Below are positions 37,501 to 51,021 of a DNA stretch of 64,000 nt, in pieces. Under the pieces are notes generated by a model. The model was given only the letters and a program-made list of their open reading frames with translations. It was not told where the DNA came from and ran no database searches. Position 1 is the first letter of the stretch, and every line of letters starts with the position of its first letter. Source of the DNA: Octopus vulgaris. Taxonomy: Eukaryota. Made by a program: the position numbers and the translations under genes. The DNA lies in NCBI GenBank assembly GCA_951406725.2, contig OX597823.1, positions 36,456,001 through 36,520,000 on the forward strand, written 5' to 3'.

Positions 37501-38687
37501 TCAGGCTGAGTAAAAAGTAAGCAATGTTTTGAAACATGAAATTCATCACAATATATTTCAATAATGCGGAAATTTTATTTATCAAAGTAAGTACCATTAC
37601 AATCAACACATTTTTGCCGAGTTACAAGTTTGTTTATTCTGGTAACATAAAAATCTGGAGTTCTTGAGCTGATGAACTCTTTGCATGCACTTTCAGCATC
37701 AGTTTGATTTTTGAACTCTTCTTGCAGGAAACCATCAAGGTGCTTGAAAAAGTGTTTGTCAATAGGAGAAAGGTCTGGTGAATAAGCTAGGGAAAAACTT
37801 CATAGCCAAGTTCCCTCTTCTGTTGACCAGTCTGGGACAGAGGAGTAGCAGTTTTTCATTCATTTTGGCAATTTCACGGCAATATGTTTCTGTAGTAATG
37901 GTGTTTCTGGGTTTTAAGAAGTTATAGTGGATGAGTTCAGCAGTATGCCATCAAACAGTCACCATAACCTTCTTTTTGAAGAGCTTGGGTTTAGGGAAGG
38001 TTTTGGTGCTTCATTTTGGTCCAACCACTGCGAAGAACATTTTTTATTATTGTACAGAATCCACTTTCCATTGCAAGTTACAATACAGGCGAGAAATGGA
38101 TTGGTTATGAAGGAGAAGCGATGAGCAAATTTCATGTCTGTGCATTTTCTGATTTTCATTCAAATCGTGTGGTACCCATTTGTCGAGCTATTTTGATTTT
38201 CCAATCACATGCAAATAGTTGCAGGCAGTTTTCTGGCTAACTCGAAGCTCTTTTGCCAGTTCTTAAGTGGTTTTACATGGATCTTTCTCAAGATCTTTAA
38301 TTGACTGTCATCGATGGCAGATGGACATCCACTATGCTCAAGGCTTGGGTCTCCACTTCAAATTCGTTTAAACCACTTTTGAGCTGACCACTCACTAGTC
38401 ATTTCCTCACCAAATGTTTTGTTGATATCATGAGCAGTTTCAGCTGCTTTATGTCCTTTTTTGAAGTTGAATAGCAAAATTGCTCGAATATTGTGTTTTG
38501 ACAGTTCAGATGATTGTAACAACGGTGAAAAAAAATGCCAATGTTAATTTATTGATGCATTTGGACAAGTTTGTGTCTGTATTATCAGACAATTGCAAAA
38601 AAAATGTTTAACAAAAATTGAAAACTGCAAAATTCCAGTACAAATTCTTCATGGTTTAAAACGTTGCTTACTTTTTACTCAACCTAA
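37501..38687 (-). mobile_element. Mariner transposon, both TIRs present, transposase decayed
   Basis: TIRs of about 40 bp (TCAGGCTGAGTAAAAAGTAAGCAATGTTTT / AAAACGTTGCTTACTTTTTACTCAACCTAA) with TA on both sides. Motifs IVTCNGKWILYNN..SQWLD and YSPDLSPIDKHFFKHL. Confidence 0.92.
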
Positions 38688-38689
38688 TA

Positions 38690-40147
38690 TCTAATATATA
38701 AAATAGAGATGTGTGTGTGTTCACTTTTCACATGAAAATGGCTTCCATACTTGTGATAAATGAATAATTTGACCTTGGACACATGTTAGGCTCTTCATTT
38801 GATTTTTTTTTTATTAAAGATAAAAAATATTGCTTGATATTTGTGATTCACTTCTTTAAAAAGGTTTCTCAATGTCAACTTCCGGTATTGACATAAAAGC
38901 GGCAAAGTCTCTCACTCTGTTTTAATGTTTTCATTTCTGAGTTTTCATTTCAAGTTTTAATTCTCTATTTGTAAACAACTACGATAAATTACCGAAAGAA
39001 ATATTTACTAAAGTTCATAAATTTAAATATTTGGTACAAGATAGTTTTTAACGTGCTTTTATTTATATGATTTTTTCATTCCATGTTTATCTCATTCATT
39101 GTTTGCGATGTTCTCTCTGTCTCACACACACATACATACACACACACACACACACACATGCACACACTCCACATTTGATTTCATTATTACAAAAATATCA
39201 CATTAAAATTTTGCAATTCAACATGGGGCATCCAAAAAATATGGGCATTATTTTGCTTGAACTCACACACTTTGTTAATTTCTGTAAAAATTTTTTTCAC
39301 ATGCTGTGTTCAGCTCTATTTGTTGTCAGTCACACATGCACATGTGTGTTTTTGCATGTACATTTGTATACATTTATGTATGTGTGAGTGAGTAAGTGAA
39401 GGGGTGGTGTGTTGTCATGTATATGTACATACTTAAATACATATGCATACGTCTTTTCTGTATGTATGTATGTGTACGTGCATATGTGAAAGAGAGAGAG
39501 AGAGAGAGTGGTGTCTAAGTGGCACTCACTCTCTCACACACACATGCACAAGAAAGATGTATGCCTATTTATTTATGTATGTATGTATACATGACAACAC
39601 ACCCCTTCGCTTGCTCTGTCTCTTTCTCTCTCACACACACAGATACACACCTGTCCATTTGATCTGATGTTTGATACTATATGTATTTGTGTGTGCGCGT
39701 GCATGTGGCATTCCACAATTGCCAGAAAAAAAAAAAGAGGAGGAATTTTCTTTCTTGATTCTCCTGGTGGCACAGGTAAAACATTTGTAACATTGCTCCT
39801 CTCCAAGGTAACAAAAAAGAATTGCAGTTGCTGTCCCATTATCTGACTTTGCTGCCACCCTTCTCCCAAGAGGATGAACAACTCCTTCTGCTTTTAAATT
39901 ACCTTGCCACAAATGACAGTTCAATTTGTAACTTAAGCAAAGATTCAGCTTCAGCAGAAGTGTTGTACCAATGCCACTTATCATTTGGGATGAATGCACC
40001 ATGTCACATGTCCATGTGCAATGGAAGCTCTTGGTAAGACCTTACAGCAGTTCTTCTCAAACTATCTGATGTGGCATACTGGCAGTTTTTTTTATCAAAT
40101 GTGCAAGGGACCAGTAATATTTCTTAGTAATATTAATTTATACCAGA

Positions 40148-40183
<36 letters not shown>

Positions 40184-40620
40184 TGACAATTTTTTTTTTA
40201 TCTTCTATTTATTTTGTAAACAAATAATACAATATTACATAACCATTTTATAATGTTTCTTTTGTGAAAATTCGCTGCATACCAACAGCTGATGGCTCAC
40301 GGACCAGCACCAGTCCGCAGTCCACCACTTTGAGTAGCACTGCCTTACAGGACATCAGAGGCAACAATAAATCTATGGAAGGAGTTACATTAGTTTCATC
40401 AGGAGACTTCAGACAGACATTACCAGTCATTCTGAGATGAACAAGATCTGATGAAATAAAAGCATGCATTAAGTCTTCATACCTATAGAATAAAGTACTG
40501 AAATTTTTCCTTCAATACTAACGTGCAAGTTTCATTACATGGGGATCAATGTGCAAAACAGTTTTCAACCTGGCTCCTCACCATTGATGGGAACGGTGAG
40601 ATCAGTTTGGCTCATATTGC
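38690..40620 (+). mobile_element. Deleted Helitron with PIF1-type helicase pseudogene (about 39748-40590)
   Basis: 5' end A|TCTAATATATAAAA. Motifs FFLDSPGGTGKTF (Walker A), AATLLPRG*TTPSAFKLP, IIWDECTMSH (Walker B), DIRGNNKSMEGVTLVSSGDFRQTLPVI and DEIKACIKSSYL. The 3' end was not located. Confidence 0.85.
40048..40342. mobile_element. hAT-type MITE inserted in the Helitron helicase
   Basis: TIRs CAGTTCTTCTCAAA / TTTGAGTAGCACTG. Perfect 8-bp TSD CCTTACAG at 40040-40047 and 40343-40350. The helicase reading continues across it (ALGKTLQ|DIRGNN). Confidence 0.9.
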
Positions 40621-42292
40621 TATCGCAATAGTTCGAAAGGTTTTCAAAAGATTAATCTATTTAGAATTCCATAAATAAATATTAAGGTGAATGTTAGGAA
40701 CATATGCTTGTCAAACCACCTGTTTATTATTATCAACAAATCTTCATTTATTTTAGTCTTTGTACTTTTGAGTTCTTGTTAAGTTTTAGCCTTTTCTTTC
40801 CCCATGTTCTATTTCTATTTATTTCTTGTATCTATCTAGTTTGAGCTTCTTGAAATTGATGTCTGTAGGAAAAATATACATAGAGATGGAATTGCTGGGG
40901 TTGCAATACTGAAGTGTAGTGTGTGTGAAATGTGTGGGTGAAATGCAGATAGGATGGCAAGAGGTGTTTGGGTGGAAATAATGTACAGTTTGCTTGTTAA
41001 AATGAATAGGGATTGAGTAATGGGTGTAGAAAAGGTAGACAGCAGAATCAGTATGCATGATTGAGTGGTTGTAGTGTGTTGACAAATAAGTCTGTGAGTT
41101 AACCTTCTGGGATGTGTGTAGCCAGCAGCATTGTGCCAGATATGTGAACCTATATGGGTCCTATTTGAACCCACATAGAGATCAGCAAGTGATGATGTTC
41201 GAGGTGGAAACTTAGACATAATGATGCAGTTTTGGCAATGTTACAGATGTGTAGTTATCGTGAGCCATCATTAGAGATTGCAAGTCTAACATATATATAC
41301 AACAACTTTGAATGTTGGTTGTGGTGCACTAGTTAAATCAGTTGTACAATTTTGATTGCTTGGCTGGAATGGTTTCACATTAAACTTATCCTTTATAAAT
41401 TGTTCAATTTCCTGTTTTCTCAATCTGTGTGTGCCTGTCTGTCAGTCTGAATGAATCAATCAATTAATCAATCAATCAATCCAAAATAGCCAGTCACACA
41501 TACACACATTGTTTTGCATAACTTAGTGGATACGGAATTTAGCTGACAGACTGTTTTAGTTATATTTCTTAGATCCAAGAATTCTATTGTTAAACTCTTG
41601 CTATACAGAAATCTCATTGAAAAAGCCTTCTTGGAGTTACAAATTTCTCTGTTGCTATGTTTATATATCTTCTTACAGTGTCTTCACTGCTAATGAGTGT
41701 GGCCACTCACTTCAAGCAAAAATTATTTCTATGGATTCTAGTTCTGAAAAGAATGAAGTATTACTTGTTGAAAAACTTGAATAATCTGAGTTGTTATCTA
41801 TGGATTTTTACACAATATGTTTACCTTAGCAAATTATGTCCATTAATGACTCTTTGAATTTTGCTTAGTGTTAAAATAAATATTTTCTCAGAGAGTGGAG
41901 AATAAAAATTGAAAAAGTATCTGTAAATGTTTTTCTAGTCTGGGGCATATTCTTCAAATAATAATTGGCTCATGTTGGTGGAATTGGTGTATGTTCACCT
42001 CTCACTGAGTTCATGACCTATTTGAAACCGTTTCACTGTATATACATAGGTATATACAAGGAGTGTGAATGTGGGTATGGTATTGGTTGTATGGGTGTAC
42101 ATTTGTGTGTGTGTGTGTGTGTGCATATGAGTGCAGATATATGTGATTTTGTTATTTATGCTTGTGGGCATGTTGGCATTCCAGAAGCCTGAAGGAGTCA
42201 GATTCTTGTTAGGAGCCTGCAAAACTTGAAGTAGCATGGAACCAAATCAAACTGTTTTAAATAATAAATATATACATGTGTGTGTGTGTGTG

Positions 42293-42338
<46 letters not shown>

Positions 42339-45138
42339 TATATATCTTATTGTTTACATGATCTTTTATCATGTAGAGTTGTAGAACTAACAAAGAAAGC
42401 CACAAGCTCAACTCATTTTAAGAATGAAAATATTCAATGATGTTTATTATCTTTATTTTCTGTAATAAAGTTCATTGTGTTTGTGTATATATATGTATGT
42501 GTATTAAAAGAAAGAATAATCTGAGGTTGTATGTAGAAAGAAGTGATGATCAATGAAATCTGATTAGAAGCAGAATCTTCTCAAGAATGTAATAAAAGAT
42601 CTAAATCACGAATCAATATATGTTGTAAAAACTATCAAGGATGTTCACAAGAAGTCAATGAAGGAATGTTTAAATTGTGTTCAGTAATATATAATACACT
42701 GTACAAAGTACTTACAAGAAATGTTTGAAATGTATATCATAATTGTATATTACAATCAAGTACATTTTAGTTCATGGAGATTATAATGTAATTTATTCTG
42801 AAATTTATTTATATTAACTACTAGGCTACCTGTGACCTGTTGGGTCACCTGGAAGGTCTGAGATTCCCAGCAATGGAGTTTTGTTTTGTGGGTATTTTTT
42901 TTTCTTTCCAACAAATGTGACATTGAAATCACATGTAAATGGCTCCTTTCTCCCGAAAAGAAAGATTTGGCTGCTATTTCATGCATGCCATGCTACCATG
43001 CAACAGGTATTTTGGGACCTTTATTGCAAATAGCAGCCAAATCTTTGGAGCTGAGATATGTTGCATGCATTCAAAAAATTCTTGTAATGGTATTCTCTTG
43101 GGATGATCTTTTGCTTTGACTCTCAGAACTGTCATCTAATCAGCTGGTTTTGTTTATTCGTTTTTATTTGTTTCAGTCATTTGACTGTGGCCAAGCTGGA
43201 GCACCACCTTTTGTTTGTTAATTTTGTTTAGTTATTTTTGTTTTAAAGTGAAAGAGAGGAGAAAGTGGAAGATATATGAACATGTATGTGAAATGGATGT
43301 GTGTGTGTGAGAGAGAGAGTAAGAGTGAGAAAGAGAGTGCCACTTATACATAATGAGATCATGCATGTTCACTCACTCTCTCTCTCTAACATATGCACAC
43401 GTACATACAAAAAGATGTACGCATATGTATTAATGTATGTATGTATACATGACAACAACACCCCCTTCACTCTCTCTTCCTCTTCCACTCTTCCATACAC
43501 ACAAGTCTATTTCATATACATGTATGTATATCCTTTACTTTCTCCTCTCTTTCACATTTTTATCGCCATTCACTTGAAAATAATAATAATAAAAATAAAA
43601 AGAAAACACTGAGACAGGAGAGGAGATGTACTATAAGAGTGTGAGAGGAGATATTTAGAGACAGCAAGTGTCTCCCCTCACAAGATATTATATTTTTATA
43701 TAACTGTATGGATTGCATGCTACATTGATTATTGACAAAACATTCTACTTTTGGGAATTGAACTTAGATCAGAACCTAGCCAGACAAGATGTGTTGTAGC
43801 ATGTCTGTATTGTATACACAAAATGTTTATTATGTTGATGTATTTATTGAATACCAGTTTTAGCTAATTTCTTTTAAAATGTCATCATTTTTAATAGCAC
43901 AGGTATACGAGTAATCATATAGTTAATAGGGGTCTGTAATTAGTTAAGATAGAAGCCAGGTTTGCTTCACAGCACTTTATTTGGTGCTGCAATAGTCTGA
44001 ATGTAGTTATGTTTAACCATGCTTACTATTTTGCTTTGGTTATTAAAAAATGTTAGAAATATATTGGGGTTGATTTAATTATGGTATGAAGTTGGTATGG
44101 TATTTTCACTTCAGTTACATAAGAATACAATCATAAGTACAGTTGAAGTAGTATAAGCTTTTGCATCTGCAGCTAACATCTACAGCATACTCATTACCAT
44201 TATCACATTTTGTATACAAGGATGACAACCCTCTCTGTTGCTCATTAACTGGCCATAAATCTGACATAGGAAGTTGACTGAAGCATATAAGGTTGTGAAC
44301 CAATCCTGAAACTCGAGAGAGTGGTCGTGTAGTAATTTAGAACTAGTTGAACATAACCTTACATTGAGTGAGATCTTGTTTCTGGGAACTAACACTAAAT
44401 CATTTTGGGAAAAGTTTAACGTCACTAACACCACAGCTGTCTGAATTCTTGGGTTTTATGAATGGTTTAATTGCTGCAGATAAAAACTCTCTATTCCTAT
44501 ATCACATTATTCCTTGTTGAAAGTTTCTATTGGTGATTTCCAACAGCTTTAGAGATTCAAAAGAGTTTTGTTTAATAATTTATTGACCAGTATAAATAGT
44601 TAGAGTTGTAGTAACAAGGACTTCCTCTCTTATGATATCAGCTTATTGGCCAACCACTAAAGTTGCTGTTTCTCTTCAGATTGATAATGATGTCTTTATG
44701 GCTATTGTTGACTGTTTGTATGATGATGTGGTGTAGATTAATACCAAAGCTGTATGTTATTAACTGGGAAATATAACAAAAAAAAAAAAAAAATTAAGAA
44801 TTATACATCTGTCTCTTTTATACATTCTTTTTTCTCACTCCATTCTTATTGGCTCAACATGTGCTTCTATCAATATCAGTTGAATTGGTCTACAAAGAAG
44901 TAAATATCTAAGCAAAACTATATCCAGAACTCTAGGTTTTCCTTTTAGTCAATATCTATCTTAATTTCTTTCTACAAACATCCTATGACTTTTCTTCATC
45001 TAAAATGCATAATTCCATTGCATTACATATTGTAACAGTAAAATCGACTTTGTTGTGTACATCAATCTCTGTCACTCAATAGTCAGTCATCCCATCTCAT
45101 TTGCATATAGTGTCTTACATTTCCTTGGTGTGTGTGTG

Positions 45139-45174
<36 letters not shown>

Positions 45175-45389
45175 CTCTGCTTCATCAGGTTCTCTACATT
45201 ATTCTACGTTACTTGCTCATGTCTTGTTTGTGACATCTATTTATCTTATTATAAATTTAATTAAACTTAGTTCCATGTTAAGAAAAGTTCTATTGTATTC
45301 CTAGAGAAACTTAAGGTCAGTTCATGGATTGTCTCCATTAATTTCATTAGATCTATACACCACAAGTGAATTACCTCACCCATGAGAAA

Positions 45390-45824
45390 TTTAGTGAAAG
45401 CAAAGCAGTAGAGGGTGAGGACGAGCTGTGCCAGACGAAGAAGGCTGGAGGTGGGATCGGAGTGACAGTTGAGGAAGTATTGGAGGGCTAAGAGACCGCC
45501 GTCGAGAATCACTGTGTATAGGGATTTGATGTCCAAGATGAAGAGGAGGTGTGAGAGGCCGGGAAGGTAGGAGAAGGAATTGAAAAGGTGAAGGGCATGA
45601 TTGGTGTCATGTATATGGGATGGGAGGGTAGCAACCAAAAGGGACAGGATGCGGTCAAGGTATTTTGAGATGAGTACTGTTGGGCAGTTGCAGGCAGGAA
45701 TATTGGGGTGGTCAGCATTGTCAGGTTTATGTATTTTGGGAAGGAAATAGATGGTGGAGGTACTGGGTGTGTGGATGATGAGGTTGCAGGTAGCAGGGGA
45801 GAGCAGAAGAGGAGATGAGGTCAT
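45390..45824 (-). pseudogene. Penelope-like (Neptune-type) RT N-terminal fragment
   Basis: IYFLPKIHKP...ACNCPTVLISKYLD.IL..LV.TLPSHIHDTNHAL...LLFILDIKSLYTVI..GLLAL...LLRLAQLVLTL. Confidence 0.85.
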
Positions 45825-46005
45825 ATATACATATGTATATATATATATATATATATAGATGAGTGTATTTTTACCTTGTTAACAATTAACACGGAAAAAA
45901 AATAAATAGTTACCAGGGTAGCAAAAATCTCACAAATAAAGAGGTTGTAACTCCTTGTTTATAAATGTAGAAACTTCGTGTTTATGTGGAATTTTTTGAA
46001 TAATA

Positions 46006-46275
46006 TATGAATAAATAAATGGAGTTTAACGCAGGTGAAAATCAAATATTTTTACTTTCGACACATGTTTCGAAAATTCCACTGATACTATTCAAAAGAA
46101 TAAATGCTAAAATGTCTTATTGACGAGTTTCGTTTTTTTTCACTTTCCCGAAGAGAAGATTGCATTGTTTATACCATTTATTCTTTTGAATAGTATCAGT
46201 GGAATTTTCGAAACATGTGTTGAAAGTAAAAATATTTGATTTACACCTGTGTTAAACTCCATTTATTTATTCATA
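46006..46275. repeat. Long inverted repeat (arms of about 101 bp, 68-bp spacer), Penelope pLTR-like
   Basis: 46006-46106 is the near-perfect reverse complement of 46175-46275. Confidence 0.9.
46142..46227 (+). ncRNA. Type I hammerhead ribozyme with a U4-to-C core substitution
   Basis: ACUUUC-CCGAAGA-GAAGAUUGCAUUG-(loop)-CAGUGGAAUUUUC-GAAA-CAUGUG-UU/GAAAGU. 6-bp stem I and a stem II with 12 of 13 positions paired. The inverted arm preserves a GUC triplet. Confidence 0.65.
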
Positions 46276-46742
46276 CATATATATATATATATATATGTAT
46301 ATGTATATATATGCATATATATGTATATATATGTATATATATGCATATATATGATATATATATATGCATATATATGTATATATATGCATATATATGTATA
46401 TATATGCATATATATGTATATATATGCATATATATGCATATATATGTATATATATGCATATATATGCATATATATGTATATATATGCATATATATGTATA
46501 TATATGCATATATATGTATATATATGCATATATATGCATATGTATATGCATATATGCATATATATGAATATATAATATATATGCATATATATGTATATAT
46601 ATGCATATATATATATGTATATATATATATATATGTATATATATGCATATATATATATGTATATATATATATGTATATATATGATATATATATATATGTA
46701 TATATATGTATATATATGCATATATATATATATGTATATATA

Positions 46743-46786
<44 letters not shown>
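46275..46786. repeat. (TA)n/TATGCA compound microsatellite
   Basis: Direct reading. Confidence 0.95.
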
Positions 46787-46787
<1 letters not shown>

Positions 46788-47725
46788 CACTCTTTCTCTC
46801 TATATCTCTCCCTCCATACCCCTCTTCACATCTTTTCCTCTCAATTTCAACCTGTCTTATCCTATCTTTCTCTCTATTTTTCTCATCTTCATCATGTTTT
46901 TTTTTTACCCTATTTATCCAGTATCTTGCTCTTGTTCTATCAGATATCTTTGTGTGTTAGAAATATTTCTTGTAATCTAGTACTTACATACTGAAATTAA
47001 GCTTTCAACCACATTATTTTGGTCTTCTTACACAACTTTGTCTACTGATCAACTTAGCGATTCAGCTGAGACAACAATACTATTATATACCCCGTGATTT
47101 CATTTATATTAATCCGCTATTTCAATATTCTCCAGAATATTTTTTACAATTTCTCCAAGAGAAAGAAATGCCTATTTTATGGAAGAATTACTAATTTGAT
47201 AAATTTCTATAGATTCCTTTGTAATGAGAAATGGTTCCAAGATGGCCATTTGTTTGTGGGAGTTACGAGTAGTTAATTGTCATACATTAAGATTTTGTTA
47301 CATTTCTCACTGAATTGCTTTGTATGATTGTAACCTTTTGAAAAAAGCCAAGCAAGTTATTTTATTTATATCTTCTAATTTGTGTTATTCTTGTAAACAA
47401 TATGATTTACTGTATATAATTTCAGCAATGTCATGCTCCAGGCATTACTTCTGCTTTTCTAAAGCCATTGATGTATTTATTTTACCATAAATTCATTTTA
47501 TAAATAAATAATTGACTGGGGGAGAAAGGAAAATATTTATTTACACTCCTTTCTCTATAGGAGCAAAACCTCAGGTTTATACAGAGGTAAATTAACATGA
47601 GTTTGTGTAACTTCATGCAATTCCCAAGAATATTTAGGAAAATAAAGAATCAATGAAATCTCAGTTGCAAACTTATTTTATTGATAACTTTCTTGTGCAC
47701 CATTTCAAAATAGTCATATACTAAA

Positions 47726-48100
47726 CTAGCAGTATCGCTTGGGTTTGTTTTGACCCTTTAGAATTGGAATTTTTGAAAAGTAAAAATTTTGCATTATGTA
47801 GCTTGTTATTCTCTTTAAGTGAACATTTTTCTGGTTGAAATACACCATAAAATGGCGACACAGCAGTTAAAAATTTGTAAAAAATAGGGATTTTCATAGA
47901 AAAAAAGCACCTTTTTGATGTAAATAATTTTTGGTGTTAACATGGTCTGATTTGAATTATTTCTCCTACAGAAGGAAGAGCAAGCCTTCTTCTATCATAC
48001 TCTCAATTTTAGTCAACTTGTGCCGCAGGGTCTTGGAGGAGATAGTGTTAGTTGAAGGCTACCAATCCTGCCATACACAGACAACTTCAGCTTTACATAT
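47726..48100 (-). mobile_element. Non-autonomous Helitron related to 386-755, hairpin partly deleted
   Basis: A|CTAGCAGTATCGC..GGGTTTG terminus matches 385-417 apart from an internal deletion in the hairpin. Confidence 0.65.
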
Positions 48101-48201
48101 ATATATATATATATATTTTGTGGCAAATATTCTACATTTGAAAGTTTTCCATTGTTTTTTTTCTTTTTCATTCTGTTTCAGTTGTCAGTTTCAACATACT
48201 G

Positions 48202-48248
<47 letters not shown>

Positions 48249-49847
48249 ATCACACACACACACACACTGTTATGCTGTACAAATATATGCTGACATAGTT
48301 TTTTATTTGTTTAATCCATCTACCAAATTTCCCCACATGACATTGTGAGGAAATTTGGTAGAAAAAAAAGAAACTGAAAGAAACACTGTGCATGCATGTG
48401 TGTATGTGTGTGTATGTAATTTTTGTATATGTTTATTGGCTGTTGCTGACTTACAGCCACAACCGGTAACATTTGTTGACATTTCTTATCAGCAAATCAT
48501 CCACTAAGTTCTTTTGAATTTCTCTGGAATAAAATCTTCCTTACCTGTAAAACAGATACAGATTGATGACAAGAGCTTCTGGCCATAGAAATCCTATCCT
48601 TCCTGAAATGCTACCCCTTCCCATAGTGTTGGAATATAAATGAATGATAAAATTACATTAAATTTTATATAGTGTCATATATAGGATAGCTTTCACAAAT
48701 GATAGTCATTGCAAGAGAGAACAAAAGTTTGTTCATGTTTATACTCTGAAAGGTTTTAATCCTGCAATGACTGTGTTTTACATTAAATAATTTAATTGAT
48801 AGAAAAGTGTGTGTTGGTGCTGAACAGACAGGATTTTGGACATTTAGTTTAAAAATTATGGGTTTGTAACTCCTCTCAGGTGTAGTACTGTACAGTGTAT
48901 GGGCTAAGTACTGAACATTTCCTGCATTATTATTTATTGTTTGTTTGTGTGTGAGAGAGAGACTAATCAGTAACTGGTAATTTTGTAGCTTACAATGCTG
49001 GCACTCCAATCCTTTCACACAAAAGAGAAAGGTAACAAACAAAATTAGTTTACATCTGAAATTTGTGTGAACTGTAAAGCTACAAGATGAGAATACTCTG
49101 CAAAATATTTAGTAAAACATTCCATAATTTTGTAAGCAAAATTAACCAAGCAGGTTAGCTGCAAGCATCGACAAGCACATGGGCTCACATGCATGCACAC
49201 ACGCATGTGCGCGCACACACACACACATGAATAGATATATGCATACACCTTATCAATGCCAGTTTATTGTGTGTATATTATTGTGTATATATTTTTTACT
49301 GTGTGTATATTTTTTAGATCTTTAAACAATCTTAAAAGGAGACAGGCCTCAAAGACTTTCAATTTGAGTTTATATTTGTTCTAAACATCTCTGTGTAACA
49401 TTTAATTCCAAATCCCAAAACAAACAAACCAACCATATTTCCACTTTATTTTTTATTTTCATTTAAAATTTTTTCCTCTGCTCATTAGCATTTTTGAATA
49501 TATTTTCTTTAATTATTATTATTATTATTATGAAATATAAGTTTGATTTTGTTCCAATGTACACATCTTTTTCCTCTTTGTTCATATGCTAAATAGTAAA
49601 ACATAAGGTTATAAACAGTTGTATTATGTGATAACAAACCAGGTTGTTTGTTCAAGTAAGCTAATCATAGAATTAGTTTCTGTATTCTACATACTTGCAC
49701 TTTATAATTCTCAAAGCCTCCTTTCACTTATGTTTTTATTATAATTAATTTTCTCCATTGGAAGTAGGTGTGTCAAGTGACTATCAGATTAAGGTACTTC
49801 ATGACTGCAGTAAAATCTTTTGATTTAAACTTAACTGTAGTTATCTT

Positions 49848-50205
49848 TTTACAAGTTTCAGTCTTTTGACTGTGGCCTTGCTGGGGCACCACTTGAAGAG
49901 TTTAGTTGGACAAATTGATTTCAATACTTATTCTATTTCAAAGCCTGGTACTTATTCTATCAATCTCTGTTGCTAAACTGGTATGTTATGGGGACATAAA
50001 CAAACCAATACTGGATGTCAAATAGTGGTGAGACATGTGCGTGTGTACACGCATGTGTGTGCGTATGTCTTCTTTCAGTTTCCATCTACCAAATCCATCC
50101 ACAAGGCTATGGTTGGCCCAGGGCTATAGTTGAAGACACTTGCCCTAGGTGTTGCACAGTGAAAGTCCACATGACTGAGAAGTAAACATCTTACTGCCTG
50201 TGCTT
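49848..50205 (-). mobile_element. SINE family A, diverged
   Basis: GTTTCAGTC.TTTGACTGTGGCC.TGCTGGGGCACC...TTTCAGTTTCCATCTACCAAATCC. Confidence 0.8.
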
Positions 50206-50974
50206 GTATAGTTATTATATTTGGACTTTTGTCAGCTGAAAAATTAGTATGAATTTCATATAAAAACTTAAAAGCATCCAGCTACCACCAAAGTCTTGCT
50301 TTAATAAGTTTCTTTGAAACAGAATATCCAAATTCACTTTCATTTTAAACCCTTTCATTTTAACTTAAATTCTATCATTTTTATAGTTTTGCTAGAAAAA
50401 GCTTAGTTATTAGATACCATTCTGTAACAATAGATTGATTGTAACTTAAAAGCTGTACTTAAATATGTTTTTAATTTGGTTATAGTTAACTTCACTATTT
50501 TCTACCCCTGACGTATGCTTTGAAATAATAAATAATGATAAAATAAACAAAGATCACATATTAAATTACCCCAGTAATTTTTGTTGATAATGTCTAGTCA
50601 TTGGAAATATGTTTTTATGGCTTTAAAATATCAGCATTTGAGCTGTTCCACATTGTGAATAGGAATTAGAATTAAGTATCTCTGTGGTTGTTAGAATTAA
50701 GAATCAGTTGGAAAATCCTACATAAAAATAACTGAGTTGTTTTTTAACAATAGGTAGTAAGTTGATGAAAATATATTACCAGCTGATGAGGAACTTGTTT
50801 AGTTTCCACTGCTCATCATTCAAGTTTTGCTGGTGTTGGTGTAAGTTTCAATGTAAATATTAACCTCTTTCTTATTGCTGTTTCTAAATAAGGGTGTATC
50901 ATTTTGCTTGTCAACATTTTCATCACAACTAAGAGATGAAAAGTTGAAGTTAAAAAAAAAAAAAAGAAGGCTAC

Positions 50975-51021
<47 letters not shown>

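Noticed and set aside
40836-41290. 127-aa ORF / possible very old Penelope fragment
   Set aside because: Only vague motif resemblance (LADLYVG, TDSAVYL); insufficient for a call.
45110-45200. Minus-strand CCTGATGAAGC near the Penelope RT
   Set aside because: Interrupted by (TA)n; stems I and II cannot be formed from the visible sequence.
46236-46994. Long Y/I/M-rich ORFs
   Set aside because: Same microsatellite artefact.
50781-50820. CTGATGAG hammerhead-like core
   Set aside because: No GAAA after a stem II; it only pairs with a downstream CTCATCA.
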